Shown here: positions 26,341 through 36,800 of the stretch, piece after piece
Numbering within the stretch: the stretch's first letter is position 1
Layout: each line of letters starts with the position of its first letter
Assembly (NCBI GenBank): GCA_049647125.1
Contig: JBARXC010000151.1
Span: 107,956-171,955, forward strand
Origin: a bacterium
GTDB taxonomy: Bacteria; Hydrothermota; Tepidihabitantia; SM23-42
Reading direction: 5' to 3'
Length of the DNA stretch: 64,000 nt
The notes under the pieces: model-generated
What the model was told of the DNA's origin: nothing
The model's input: the letters and a program-made list of their open reading frames with translations, nothing else
Databases searched by the model: none
Made by a program: the position numbers and the translations under genes

Positions 26341-27213
26341 TCAGAATGTTCGATCCAGTATAAAGTCGGTAATCCTACTGAAGATATCAAATCTCTTGCC
26401 AAATTTGGAAAACCTCTCTTTGGCGAGCTCAGCATACTGCCGAGCACGAAACTTTGCACCTCCCAAACCATAGACTGCCGGTGCGGTCAGCTTACCCGCG
26501 GCGACATCTTTACCTGGAGTCTTACCCAATTTTTCCTTTTCACCTACGACATCGAGGATATCATCAGTGTATTGAAAAAGCATGCCCATATAGATACCCG
26601 CTTTGTATAATGCATCAATCAAAGATGTGGATGCCTGTGCCATTATTGCACCGCATTTCAATGAAACCGCGATAAATTTGGCGGTTTTATTCAGATGAAT
26701 GAGTCTTAAGGATTTTGGGGTCAGAGCCATGTCTTTACTAATATCAAGGGTTTGACCATAGACAACCCCTTTTGGCCCAACCACCTCGCTAACTGATTTT
26801 ATTACCGCGAGTTTCTCTTTTGCCAACCCATTCCCCTGCGCAAAGAGTTCAAAGGCATGAGCGAACAGACCATCGCCAGAGAGTATAGCCATGGCTTCCC
26901 CGAATTTTTTATGGGCAGCAACTCTACCCCTTCGATAATCGTCATCGTCCATAGCTGGTAAATCGTCGTGGATTAACGAGTAAGTATGGATCAATTCAAG
27001 ACCGCAGGCTATCGGCATTATCTGTTCAGAATCTTTCCCGCCGCTAGCCTCGTAACTCGCAATGGCAAGAATAGGTCTTATCCTCTTGCCATTGCCAATG
27101 GAATAATACATGACGTCAAAAAAAGCGTTTATGCCAGCAAAGTATTTTTTAAGTGCCTCATCAACCGGCTCCTTTTTTTCTGCCAAGTATTTAACCACAT
27201 CCATATCAATCAT
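26341..27213 (-). CDS. ispA: polyprenyl (farnesyl/geranylgeranyl) diphosphate synthase
   Basis: FARM LIHDDLPAMDDDDYRRG and SARM FQYTDDILD. Confidence 0.9.
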   Translation of the reverse strand: MIDMDVVKYLAEKKEPVDEALKKYFAGINAFFDVMYYSIGNGKRIRPILAIASYEASGGKDSEQIMPIACGLELIHTYSLIHDDLPAMDDDDYRRGRVAAHKKFGEAMAILSGDGLFAHAFELFAQGNGLAKEKLAVIKSVSEVVGPKGVVYGQTLDISKDMALTPKSLRLIHLNKTAKFIAVSLKCGAIMAQASTSLIDALYKAGIYMGMLFQYTDDILDVVGEKEKLGKTPGKDVAAGKLTAPAVYGLGGAKFRARQYAELAKERFSKFGKRFDIFSRITDFILDRTF

Positions 27214-27225
27214 AAGTCCAACATA

Positions 27226-27253
27226 ATTTTAATGGAAATTGACTATTTGTCAA
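27226..27253 (-). promoter_or_regulatory. sigma70-type promoter of ispA-dxs-sprA string
   Basis: Minus strand reads TTGACA-16 nt-TAAAAT, then 12 nt to the ispA ATG with no SD. The -35 sits in the IR attgac-N5-gtcaat (27238-27254). Confidence 0.45.
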
Positions 27254-27387
27254 TATGCATATAAGGAAGATATGACCAAGCTATTATATATTGCGTCCTT
27301 AAAGGTGGTCCGTACTCTTTATCTAAAATCATGGGGATATTCTACACGCTTTTTTGACAAAGTCAAGGCTATTGTCCTAAAAAATGG

Positions 27388-27415
27388 TTGACTTGTATAC
27401 TATGTTTAATATAAT
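27388..27415 (+). promoter_or_regulatory. sigma70-type promoter of the GT-C membrane protein gene; predicts a leaderless mRNA
   Basis: TTGACT-16 nt-TATAAT, then 7 nt to the in-frame ATG at 27423. The motif lies inside the ORF-track N-terminal extension. Confidence 0.4.
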
Positions 27416-27422
27416 GGAAATC

Positions 27423-28934
27423 ATGGAGATTGACGATAGAGCAAAAAACTCTCTCTTCTCTTCGAGAATAATCCCCTGGTTCATAATAGGGGTAGGTGCG
27501 GTATTAAGGATCGCACAGTTCGTTTATAATCGCTCACTCACTGAGGGAGAAGCGGCACTGGCATTGAACATTGTGCAGCGTTCATATGCTCAACTGCTCA
27601 GACCGCTCGACTATGCGCAGGCTGCTCCGGTTGGCTTCTTATTGTTGCAGAAGTTCATGAGCACGCTTTTTGGGCTTAGTGAATTGGGGCTCCGTTTCTT
27701 GCCTTTAATCGCGGGAATAGGTGCGCTATTCCTATTCTACAAAGTTGCCAAGAAAACCATAAGTGAACAGTCGCTTACCATCGCCCTTGTCCTTTTTGCG
27801 GTCGGTGATCATTTGATTTACTTTGCTTCAGAAGTAAAACAATACTCTAGCGACGTTTTCATAGCACTTTTAATTATCTGGTTGGCAATATTGGTTTTCG
27901 ACAAGAAATTCGAGATCAAATACACAATGCTCTTCGGCTTTGTCAGTGCCCTTTGCCTCTGGTTTTCACACCCGGCTCTATTCGTATTTTGCGCATCGCT
28001 CATAGTCATATACATCTATGCCCTACGCAGACCGCAATGGTCTATACTTTGCGCTTTGCTTATCGCCACCATGCTTGGCTTAGCAAGTTTTCTTGCCAAT
28101 TACCTTGTCACCCTCAGTAGCCTGAGCAGACACGAACAGCTATTAACCGCTTGGCAGTCAAGTTTCATGCCTTTGCCTCCGACCTCGCTTTCTGATATCA
28201 AATGGTTTGCTTATGTCTTTTTGCGAACTTTCAAATTCCCGGTGGGGCTTTCAATATATGAACTGTTATTAGCGGTACTGGCTTTCTTGTGGGGGTGTGC
28301 CATGATGTTCAGGCACAAGAAAAAAAATATCTTGCTTTTGATTTTGCCGATCCTTCTGGCTTTAATCGCATCAGGTTTGCACAGGTACCCTTTTGAGGGT
28401 AGACTACTCCTTTTTCTAACCCCATTTATGATTCTGGTCATTGCCCAGGGGATCAGTGATATCAGAAACAAAATAAGACATCAGTCAAACTTTCTGGGAA
28501 TAGGATTGGTTGTCATCCTGCTCATTCATCCAGTATTGCTTGCCGGCTATCACCTTATCAAACCGCGCGCCCCAGAAGAACTCCGTACAGTATTAGAATA
28601 TGTTGATGAGAATTGGCAAAATGGCGATGTAATATATGTTTACTATGCCTCACTCAATGCATTTCGTTATTATCATGATCGATATGGCTTTCCTGTTGAA
28701 TATGTCGAGGGCATTGAATCCCGTTCTGAATGGATCAATTATTACCAGGATCTACAAAGGCTTAGAGGAAACAAAAGGGTTTGGCTCGTCTTCTCTCATG
28801 TCGCCACCCATTGTGGTGTAGATGAAGAAAGGCTCTTTGTCTCCTACCTCGATCTTTTAGGAACGCAACTCGATGCGTTCAAAACACCGGGCAGCGCGGC
28901 ATATCTGTATGATATGACCCCATCCCACAATTGA
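27423..28934 (+). CDS. polytopic membrane protein, GT-C (family 39 / ArnT-PMT-like) glycosyltransferase candidate
   Basis: About 12 predicted TM segments. The region LRFLPLIAGIGALFLFYKVAKK...FAVGDHLIYFASEVKQYSSDVF resembles GT39-type proteins (recollection). The longest ORF starts at 27384. Confidence 0.5.
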   Translation: MEIDDRAKNSLFSSRIIPWFIIGVGAVLRIAQFVYNRSLTEGEAALALNIVQRSYAQLLRPLDYAQAAPVGFLLLQKFMSTLFGLSELGLRFLPLIAGIGALFLFYKVAKKTISEQSLTIALVLFAVGDHLIYFASEVKQYSSDVFIALLIIWLAILVFDKKFEIKYTMLFGFVSALCLWFSHPALFVFCASLIVIYIYALRRPQWSILCALLIATMLGLASFLANYLVTLSSLSRHEQLLTAWQSSFMPLPPTSLSDIKWFAYVFLRTFKFPVGLSIYELLLAVLAFLWGCAMMFRHKKKNILLLILPILLALIASGLHRYPFEGRLLLFLTPFMILVIAQGISDIRNKIRHQSNFLGIGLVVILLIHPVLLAGYHLIKPRAPEELRTVLEYVDENWQNGDVIYVYYASLNAFRYYHDRYGFPVEYVEGIESRSEWINYYQDLQRLRGNKRVWLVFSHVATHCGVDEERLFVSYLDLLGTQLDAFKTPGSAAYLYDMTPSHN

Positions 28935-29043
28935 CTTCCAGATAATTATGATTATGCTTATTTATGATTGGGAAGGTTTGTAAAAAGGTTGCGCTCTTAG
29001 AAAAAACTGCACAGCATAGATTGATTGTAAGGTCGGTACGATA

Positions 29044-30552
29044 ATGATTTTAGTAATTGATTTTGGTTCTCAATATACTCAACTTATTGCACGCAGGGTA
29101 CGCGAGTGCAGGGTGTATTCAGAAATCTTTAGCTGTCTCGTGAAGCCTCATATGCTCAATTGTAAGGATCTCGAGGGTGTAATACTGTCAGGCGGTCCGG
29201 GAAGTGTCTTTCATGCACCTATGCAGCCATTTAAGCATTTCTTTGAACTTGGGGTGCCAGTTTTGGGTATCTGTTATGGTATGCAGCTTGCTGCACAAAT
29301 ATTTGGTGGAAGGGTAAAACACAGTGAACAAAGGGAATATGGCCCTGCTGAGATAAAAGCAAGGGCAAATCCACTGTTTGCTGGACTTCCCAAATCATTC
29401 AAGGTTTGGATGAGCCACGGTGATTCTGTTATGAAACTGCCCAAAAACGCAAGGATTATCGGTTCTACAGAAACCACCCCTATTGCTGCCTTTCGGTTGC
29501 CGAATTTTTATGGCTTGCAATTCCATCCCGAGGTGCGCCATACACAGTATGGTTTTAGGATACTAAACAATTTTCTTACCAAAATATGTTGCGTTAAGAA
29601 ATTGTGGTCAATGAAGAAATTTGTTGATGAACAAATTGTACATATAAAAAAAATTGTGGAGGGTAACAAAGTAATATGCGCAATCAGTGGTGGTATCGAT
29701 TCCACTGTTGCTGCAGCATTAACTGCCAGAGCGATTAATAAGAACCTCGTTGGCATTTTTGTCGATAATGGCTTTCTTCGATTAAATGAGAAAGAAGAGG
29801 TTTACAGAAACCTGCATCATCGTATAAATTTGAAAATAGTCAATGCCCAAAATAGATTCCTGTCAGAATTATCAAATGTAAAGAATCCGGAGAGAAAAAG
29901 AAAGATCATAGGCCATGAATTCATCAAGATATTTGAGGCTGAGGCAGAAAAAATAAAGAATGTAAAATATCTTGTTCAAGGAACGCTGTATCCCGATGTT
30001 ATCGAGTCTGGAAAAGGTATTGGTCCATCCGCCATCATAAAAAGCCATCACAACGTTGGTGGCTTACCTAAGCGGATGAGATTGAAAGTTATTGAACCTT
30101 TAAGAATGTTATTTAAGGATGAGGTTAGAAAAATCGCCAGAGTTATGAAATTACCATCTTCATTCACTGAAAGGAAACCCTTCCCTGGCCCAGGTCTTGC
30201 AGTAAGAATAGTAGGTCAGGTTACAAGAAAGAGATTGCAAATGTTAAGGAAAGCGGACAAAATATTATTGGAAGAAGGATGTAAATTGAAGAAATATAGG
30301 GACATATGGCAAATATTCACGGTTCTCTTACCATTGGGAAACGTTGGCGTTATGGGTGATAAACGCACCTATGATTCAGTATGCGCAATAAGAGCAGTGT
30401 CTAGTGATGACGGCATGACCGCGGATTGGGTGAGATTGCCGCAGGAATTCTTGAGTCGAGTATCAAGAAGAATAACTAATGAAGTTGAAGGTATCAATCG
30501 GGTTGTCTATGATATAACCTCAAAACCACCAGCAACAATAGAATGGGAATGA
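29044..30552 (+). CDS. guaA: GMP synthase (glutamine-hydrolysing)
   Basis: MILVIDFGSQYTQLIARRVRE N-terminus, SGGIDSTV PP-loop, C-terminal PPATIEWE. Confidence 0.95.
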   Translation: MILVIDFGSQYTQLIARRVRECRVYSEIFSCLVKPHMLNCKDLEGVILSGGPGSVFHAPMQPFKHFFELGVPVLGICYGMQLAAQIFGGRVKHSEQREYGPAEIKARANPLFAGLPKSFKVWMSHGDSVMKLPKNARIIGSTETTPIAAFRLPNFYGLQFHPEVRHTQYGFRILNNFLTKICCVKKLWSMKKFVDEQIVHIKKIVEGNKVICAISGGIDSTVAAALTARAINKNLVGIFVDNGFLRLNEKEEVYRNLHHRINLKIVNAQNRFLSELSNVKNPERKRKIIGHEFIKIFEAEAEKIKNVKYLVQGTLYPDVIESGKGIGPSAIIKSHHNVGGLPKRMRLKVIEPLRMLFKDEVRKIARVMKLPSSFTERKPFPGPGLAVRIVGQVTRKRLQMLRKADKILLEEGCKLKKYRDIWQIFTVLLPLGNVGVMGDKRTYDSVCAIRAVSSDDGMTADWVRLPQEFLSRVSRRITNEVEGINRVVYDITSKPPATIEWE

Positions 30553-30601
30553 AATTTTTTATGTTATTTTGATAGTATGAACAAAGGACAAATCTACTGA
30601 T

Positions 30602-32026
30602 ATGTGCGGCATAGTGGGTATTATCGGTAAAGATCAAGCAATAGACAGAATTTATCCGGCATTGATTGCCCTTCAGCATCGTGGGCAGGATGCGGCAGGA
30701 GCAGTAACATTTGACCAAGGGTTTCACATCAAAAAGGGTAATGGTCTGGTACTGAACGTCTTTAACCAGAAAAATCTTGAACGTCTTAAAGGAAATATTG
30801 GCATTGGTCATGTCCGCTATCCCACAGTTGGTGCTGGTGTTGCTGAAGATGCCCAGCCTTTTGTAATTACTATACCTTATGGTGTTGCCCTATCTCATAA
30901 TGGTAATTTAGTGAATTTCTTCGATTTAAAAAAAGATATAATTGCGAATGACTTTCGCTATTTGAATTCGAATTGCGACGCTGAAGTTATCTTAAATATT
31001 CTATCAATCGAATTGACAAAAATGAACTTAAGGAATTTTGAATCCGAAGGATTGTTTAAGGCATTAGCCAGGACGTATAAAAAATTAATCGGTAGTTTTG
31101 CTGTTGTTTCTATTATAGCCAATAGAGGACTTCTTGCATTTAGAGATAAAAATGGCATAAAACCACTCGTCTTTGGCAGAGATGAAAATAGTTATTGCTT
31201 TGCCTCAGAGAGTGTCGCGCTTGATCTATTAGGTTATAAAAATTTCACTGACGTGAAACCCGGTGAAGCTGTATTTATCGACAAACAGAGTGAATTTTTC
31301 AAAAAACAAGTTGCAAAAGGTCGTAAAGCAACCTGTATCTTTGAATATATTTACTTCGCGAGACCCGACTCTATTCTTGACGGTATCGGTGTTTATGAGG
31401 CGCGACTGCGTCTTGGTGAAGAATTGGGCAAGGAATGTTTAAAACACAAAATTGAACCTGATGTAGTTATTCCAGTTCCAGATACGGCGCGGGGTTCAGC
31501 CAAGATGGTTGCTGAAATTATTGAAGTGAAATACCGCGAAGGGTTGATAAGAAATCGCTATATACAAAGAACTTTTATAATAGGTACACAACCTGAAAGA
31601 ATCAAGGCAGTCAAATTGAAGTTCAATCCTATAAGATCTGAAATAACTGGTAAAAAAATATTGCTTGTTGATGATTCAATTGTTCGAGGAAACACTTCAC
31701 GGGAAATAATCGCCCTACTCAGAAGTTTTGGAGCAAGAGAGATTTACTATGCTGTATATTCACCACCATTAAAGTTCCCATGTGTCTACGGTATCGATAT
31801 GCAAACGAGAGGCGAGTTTATTGCCCGCAATAAATCGGCCGATGAAATAAAAAAATCAATCAATGCAGACGCATTAATATATCAAACTATTGAGGGGTTA
31901 ACTAAAGGGGTAGGTGGTGATGGAAAGGGTTTCTGCACTGCCTGCTTCACTGGATCTTACCCCACTAAAATCCCACCCCTTTTACTTGAACGCATCGAAG
32001 CTGATCGAATGACGAGTAACCTTTAA
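30602..32026 (+). CDS. purF: amidophosphoribosyltransferase
   Basis: MCGIVGI Ntn nucleophile, PRPP-binding loop LLVDDSIVRGNT, 474 aa. Confidence 0.95.
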   Translation: MCGIVGIIGKDQAIDRIYPALIALQHRGQDAAGAVTFDQGFHIKKGNGLVLNVFNQKNLERLKGNIGIGHVRYPTVGAGVAEDAQPFVITIPYGVALSHNGNLVNFFDLKKDIIANDFRYLNSNCDAEVILNILSIELTKMNLRNFESEGLFKALARTYKKLIGSFAVVSIIANRGLLAFRDKNGIKPLVFGRDENSYCFASESVALDLLGYKNFTDVKPGEAVFIDKQSEFFKKQVAKGRKATCIFEYIYFARPDSILDGIGVYEARLRLGEELGKECLKHKIEPDVVIPVPDTARGSAKMVAEIIEVKYREGLIRNRYIQRTFIIGTQPERIKAVKLKFNPIRSEITGKKILLVDDSIVRGNTSREIIALLRSFGAREIYYAVYSPPLKFPCVYGIDMQTRGEFIARNKSADEIKKSINADALIYQTIEGLTKGVGGDGKGFCTACFTGSYPTKIPPLLLERIEADRMTSNL

Positions 32027-32069
32027 GTTTTTATTAACAATACTTTGAGGAAAAAGTGGTAGGTTTTGA

Positions 32070-32239
32070 GGGCGTGTTGCCCAAATCGAATTCAGGCATG
32101 TGGAATTCTAAAATGTCATTACGAGAAGCGCAGCGACGAAGTAATCTCATGAAATATAATGAGATTGCCACACCCCGACCACTACAATTCTTAATGGTCG
32201 GGGTTCGCAATGACAAAAAGGGATTTGGGCAACCCGCCC
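32070..32239. mobile_element. 170-nt MITE-like element with 18-bp terminal inverted repeats and TTGA flanking duplication
   Basis: TIR gggcgtgttgcccaaatc (32070-32087) versus gatttgggcaacccgccc (32222-32239), 17/18 complementary. TTGA at 32066-32069 and 32240-32243. Internal hairpins aatctcat/atgagatt (32143-50/32159-66) and ccccgacca/tggtcgggg (32173-81/32195-203). Confidence 0.45.
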
Positions 32240-32334
32240 TTGACATTCTACATAATGTGTATGATTATTACCTGAATATGCTTTGTAGAACGAGCTGAGG
32301 ATTAAACCCAACCGAATTTTCTATTTTAGATTCT

Positions 32335-33792
32335 CTATTGCCTTGATAATATCTTTAGTACCTTATGAACGAGTATTTCTTTAGTATCAAGATATTCCAC
32401 GCCTACGAAGTAAACACCCTGCGCCACCGCTCTGCCATTTTCATCTTTGCTATCCCAGGTAATTTGGCTAATCGGTGAATTGGCTAAATGGTTAAATGAC
32501 CTGACCAGACGACCAGATACATCATAGATTTTTAAATTCACATTGTTATTGTCAGTTGTTTGATATCTGATATTCAGTTTCTCTTTGAACGGATTAGGAA
32601 AAACATGGAGTAAGCATTGAGCGTTGGGCGTAAAGCGCGGCGTGGTTTCTTCAATCCCACCGGGGTCATACTCATATATTCTGGTCTCGTTATCACCAGA
32701 AATAATAATTTCTGATAATCCGTTATTATCAATATCAAAAATCCGCACACAGGAGCCACTTGCATGTCCGGGTAACGTCTCCCAGACATAAAATGAATCG
32801 TTGCCTGCTCCTTTTATTATAAAAATATTCTGCCTTGATTCAAGAACAATTTCAGGGATAGCGTCTCCATCCACATCACCAGCTTCAGAATAACCACCAT
32901 AATAATCACCACCTGGAAAACTAAAGGTTTTGACAATCTCATAGGTATTATCTGCAATCGCCTCAAAGATAAAAGCATCTATCGTGCCAGAAACCCAATA
33001 ACCCTTCACCACAAACTCCATCTTACCATCGCCATCTGCATCAGAAACAGAAAAGCAATCTCTAATGTTCTTAGTATTAACATAGCCCTGAATAATTTGT
33101 TCATAAGTATTATTCGCAGGACTTTCATAAACCCAGTAAGTAGCACCAAGTGCACCCGCACTCATACCACCCATTGCAAATTCCATCTTGCCATCGTTGT
33201 CAAAATCGCCAAACGCATGGGTAGACACAGGTCCATCCAATAGAGTGGTATCAGGATTGGTGGCATAAACCGTATCATATTGATTGTTGCCAATCGCCTC
33301 ATAAATCCAGAAGAAATGAGGCTGACCATTTCCATTATTGTCAAGAATCTCTGGATATCCATCATTATCTACATCATATGCTGATATTGGTTGAACCACT
33401 GCAAACCCTACCGTATCCCGCCACACCTCCTGAATAGGATAGGAAAAAGAATCAGGAGATTCGTAGATTTGGATTCCAACTGTTGGAAGACCAAAATCTC
33501 CTTGTATTATAACATCATACAATCCATCATCATCAAAGTCACCAACAGCCCATGCTTCACTGCTCATGGTGTCAATTGCTGTCTCTAAATGGAAAATGTT
33601 GTCCGGATATAATTCGTATAATTCAATTCTTTCTTGAAGATCCTCACCATAACCGAATATAAGTTCAATCTGTGAATCGTGGTCGCTATCACACACTAAA
33701 ACTCTACCATGAGAACCACCAGTTCCTTTGTCTAAATACCATTTTTGAACAAACTGGCTCAAAAGCATGTTGACAATTAGAAAAACAACCAC
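32335..33792 (-). CDS. FG-GAP/VCBS-repeat beta-propeller protein with T9SS C-terminal sorting domain
   Basis: Six DxDxDG-type repeats (GDFDDDGLYDVII, YDVDNDGYPEIL, GDFDNDGKMEF, SDADGDGKMEF, GDVDGDAIPEIV, FDIDNNGLSEII). CTD is FPNPFKEKLNIRY...LKIYDVSGRLV...AQGVYFV. GTG start with GAGGAG RBS. Confidence 0.8.
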   Translation of the reverse strand: MVVFLIVNMLLSQFVQKWYLDKGTGGSHGRVLVCDSDHDSQIELIFGYGEDLQERIELYELYPDNIFHLETAIDTMSSEAWAVGDFDDDGLYDVIIQGDFGLPTVGIQIYESPDSFSYPIQEVWRDTVGFAVVQPISAYDVDNDGYPEILDNNGNGQPHFFWIYEAIGNNQYDTVYATNPDTTLLDGPVSTHAFGDFDNDGKMEFAMGGMSAGALGATYWVYESPANNTYEQIIQGYVNTKNIRDCFSVSDADGDGKMEFVVKGYWVSGTIDAFIFEAIADNTYEIVKTFSFPGGDYYGGYSEAGDVDGDAIPEIVLESRQNIFIIKGAGNDSFYVWETLPGHASGSCVRIFDIDNNGLSEIIISGDNETRIYEYDPGGIEETTPRFTPNAQCLLHVFPNPFKEKLNIRYQTTDNNNVNLKIYDVSGRLVRSFNHLANSPISQITWDSKDENGRAVAQGVYFVGVEYLDTKEILVHKVLKILSRQ

Positions 33793-33806
33793 CTAATTCT
33801 CCTCAG

Positions 33807-33838
33807 GGTGGCAGGAGTAAGAAAATTCTCCTGCCACC
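33807..33838 (-). other. GC-rich intercistronic stem-loop between the two FG-GAP genes
   Basis: Perfect 11-bp stem ggtggcaggag/ctcctgccacc with a 10-nt loop. No U-tract follows on the transcribed (minus) strand. Confidence 0.5.
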
Positions 33839-33847
33839 TTTAATTTA

Positions 33848-36800
33848 CTACTGGATTTTAATTACTTTATGAACAGATGATTCACCGGTATTGTAATTGT
33901 CAACCCGTAAAAAATAGACACCTTGAGAAACAACCCTGTCGTTTTCATCTTTTCCATTCCAATTCAAAATACGATTACCATTTATCGCGCCTTTATGAAT
34001 TTTCTTCACAAGTCTACCAGTAATATCGTACGCTTTGATGCTATAGTTCTCCTCTGTTTGAATTTGGAATTCAATGCTTAGAGTCAAATTGAATGGATTT
34101 GGTATAATTGTGAAAGAACTTGTGCTGAAAGGTTGACTTTCTTGTGCCATTGGTCCACCACTTTCAGCATCCTCACCTTCCTCATACTCATATCGATAAA
34201 TAAAGATTAGACCGGCAGTAGCAAAATCACCTTTTTTTCTCTCAAAAGTTACTTCAACTATACTGTCCTTGTAAAATGCCGGTGGAATCCAGAATTCTAA
34301 TGTCTCAGGTTCGTATGCATCATATTTAATAAGATGCTTCATTTTATTATCAATTTTAATCCACTCACGCCATTCACCAGAAGACTCATGATAGGCAATA
34401 GCTTTTAATTTATAGCGATAACCAGGTTTGAGTGCGAACTGATAGGTGATTGTTTCGTAGCCAATATCAACTGGAATCTGCCAATCAGAAATAAAACTGT
34501 CTCGTGCAATAAGATAGGGTGAAGGAATCTCATAACCGTTATTTGAAGTTAAATAAGCAGAGATCGTTGAGGGAGGTATCAATAATTTCTTGAATCGTAT
34601 TGAATATGCAACACCAGGTTTATCAAGCCAGACAGTGTAAAGATAGGACTGACCACTGAACCTTGCAGTGGAATGAGGAAAGTGTGACCATGTATATGGC
34701 GTTTCACTGATGTTATAAGGAGTATCTCCTGGACGAATTTTATAGAAGATTTCCCACCAGGTATTAATTGGTGGCATTGGTAAATCTGTGTAAACTGTGT
34801 AAGGACCATTTGCGTTCACCGGATAGAGAGATTTTGTGCTTGGTGTTTGACTGAGATTGTGCCAACCAAAAATGCCGGGAAGATATCGTGCTGCTCGATA
34901 GACCTCTTCATAATTGTAAAAACCTTCTTTTCTCTGCCAGACAACAAAGACCGAATCACCGTAGCACTCAACAAATGGATGGGCAGAATATAAACCCTGT
35001 ACTCCAAACTGCCAGCCCCAGTTATTCCAGGGTTGTCCAGTCTCTCTTGTGGCATAGCAAATCGTATCGCCACGCTGCCAGACCGCATGTAGCGAGTTAT
35101 CTACATCACATCTCGCAATTGAAGGATAATAACGGATTGGTCCGGCTTGAGGTCCTGAGCCACCTTCCATGTATATGAAGGAACCTTGCACTGGATTTTG
35201 AACGTGGCATAAGTACTCAGCCACCCAGTTTTGCGGTCCATTTGCCAAGACATGAAGTGTTGTAAAAATATGAACAGAATCGCCTTGAGACGATGGAGTA
35301 ATAACAATTGAAGGTGGTGAATTCAGTCTTGGCTGTCCTAAACTCCAGGGGTCATAAAGATGATAGACTTCCCAATCACCAGTTGTAATCTGCTTTCCAT
35401 ACCACAAACCTCCGATATCATCAGTCCAGGTTACTGAGGGCAGACCAGCAGAACTCAATGCAACCGCAGGATAAGAACCCTGACCAAGTTCGAATGGTGT
35501 ATAGTCCCAAGTCACTCCTTCATCAATAGAGTTGCTATAAAGAATTTTGCCATTGCAGGTATAAACAAGATGCATTACCCTGGAATTCGGGATACGCACA
35601 AAGTGCCTGTTGCCGTTGTAGGCTAAGGCATGGGGATCTGAACTTAGCAGACTGAGTTCTCCATAAATGTACACCTTCCCTATCGATTGGCTAGCAGCTT
35701 CATCATAGTAAGGAGCACTGACTGCGACATCATTGTAACCATCACCATTGATATCGCCAGCTCTCACATTAACTTCATATCCTAAGCCACTATCATAATG
35801 CTCGCCATAAATTATATAATCTGCTTCATCATCGATATGATTATCACCACCAAAATAGATTGCCGCGTAACCATTGCCAACTCCTGCCCAGCCATTTTGA
35901 CAGGCGCCAACAACTAAATCACCTATTCCATCATTGTCAACATCACCGCAGTGTGAAAGGCAAATACCGAAAAAATCGTAATTAGGATTATAAAGCGACT
36001 CAAGAGTCTGATTAAAAACCCAAGGATAACCAGAGCCCCAACCGTCATAGCCGTAAGAAATTAGAACTTTGTTTGGATGGCTACGAAATGCCGAGATAGC
36101 TAAATCAGGAAATCCATCCTTTGTTAGATCTCCTGATGAAACATCATGGCCAAACCTAGCACCAACACCTACTGGTGGGTCACAACACAGATCCAATACC
36201 CCCATATCTTCCCAAGCCCACCACACCACAAAAGCACCGCGTTCCGCACCGTATGCATATGCACCAGCAACAATTTCATCAACGCGGTCATTATTAAAAT
36301 CCGCCGCAGCAACAGAAAATCCGAGCCTATCGCCATAGAATCCTGGTAAAGGATTATCTAATTCAGTATAGTTCTGGTAATCTGGTCCGCGATATACAAA
36401 AACTTTGCCTTTAAGCTCTGTACCTACACCGTTAGGACAACCAACAACAATAGCAGGATACTCATCATATACAGGAGGCCAACCAACACAGTAATTTACT
36501 GTGCATATATCAAGACCAAACTCATAAAGGTCATTCGCGACGTGTGAAGGGCATGGAATAGTAATATCTGGATAACGAATTCCACTTATGTCCTCAGCAC
36601 CGTAGTAAATGAATATTTCCCTTCCTGCTCTATTTTCGGTTGGGGATTCTACATAGTCTTCTGCTTTCATCCCAAATTCAATCGGGTTAGAGGCTATTAT
36701 ATCATCGTATCCATCCCCATTAAGATCACTTGACCATGTTGTATATCCAAAATCTCCGTAATAGGGCGGATTGTAGGTAAGTTCGACATCTGGTATATTA

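Noticed and set aside
28935-29043. Purine or ZTP riboswitch upstream of guaA/purF
   Set aside because: The sequence does not resemble the conserved cores I recall for the guanine/adenine or ZTP (pfl) riboswitches. It contains only weak repeats (ttatgatt x2).
32034-32298. ORFs 32056-32298 (+) and 32034-32246 (-) as protein-coding genes
   Set aside because: They lie entirely within the nested inverted-repeat MITE-like element. They have no RBS, and their peptide content is typical of translated repeat elements.
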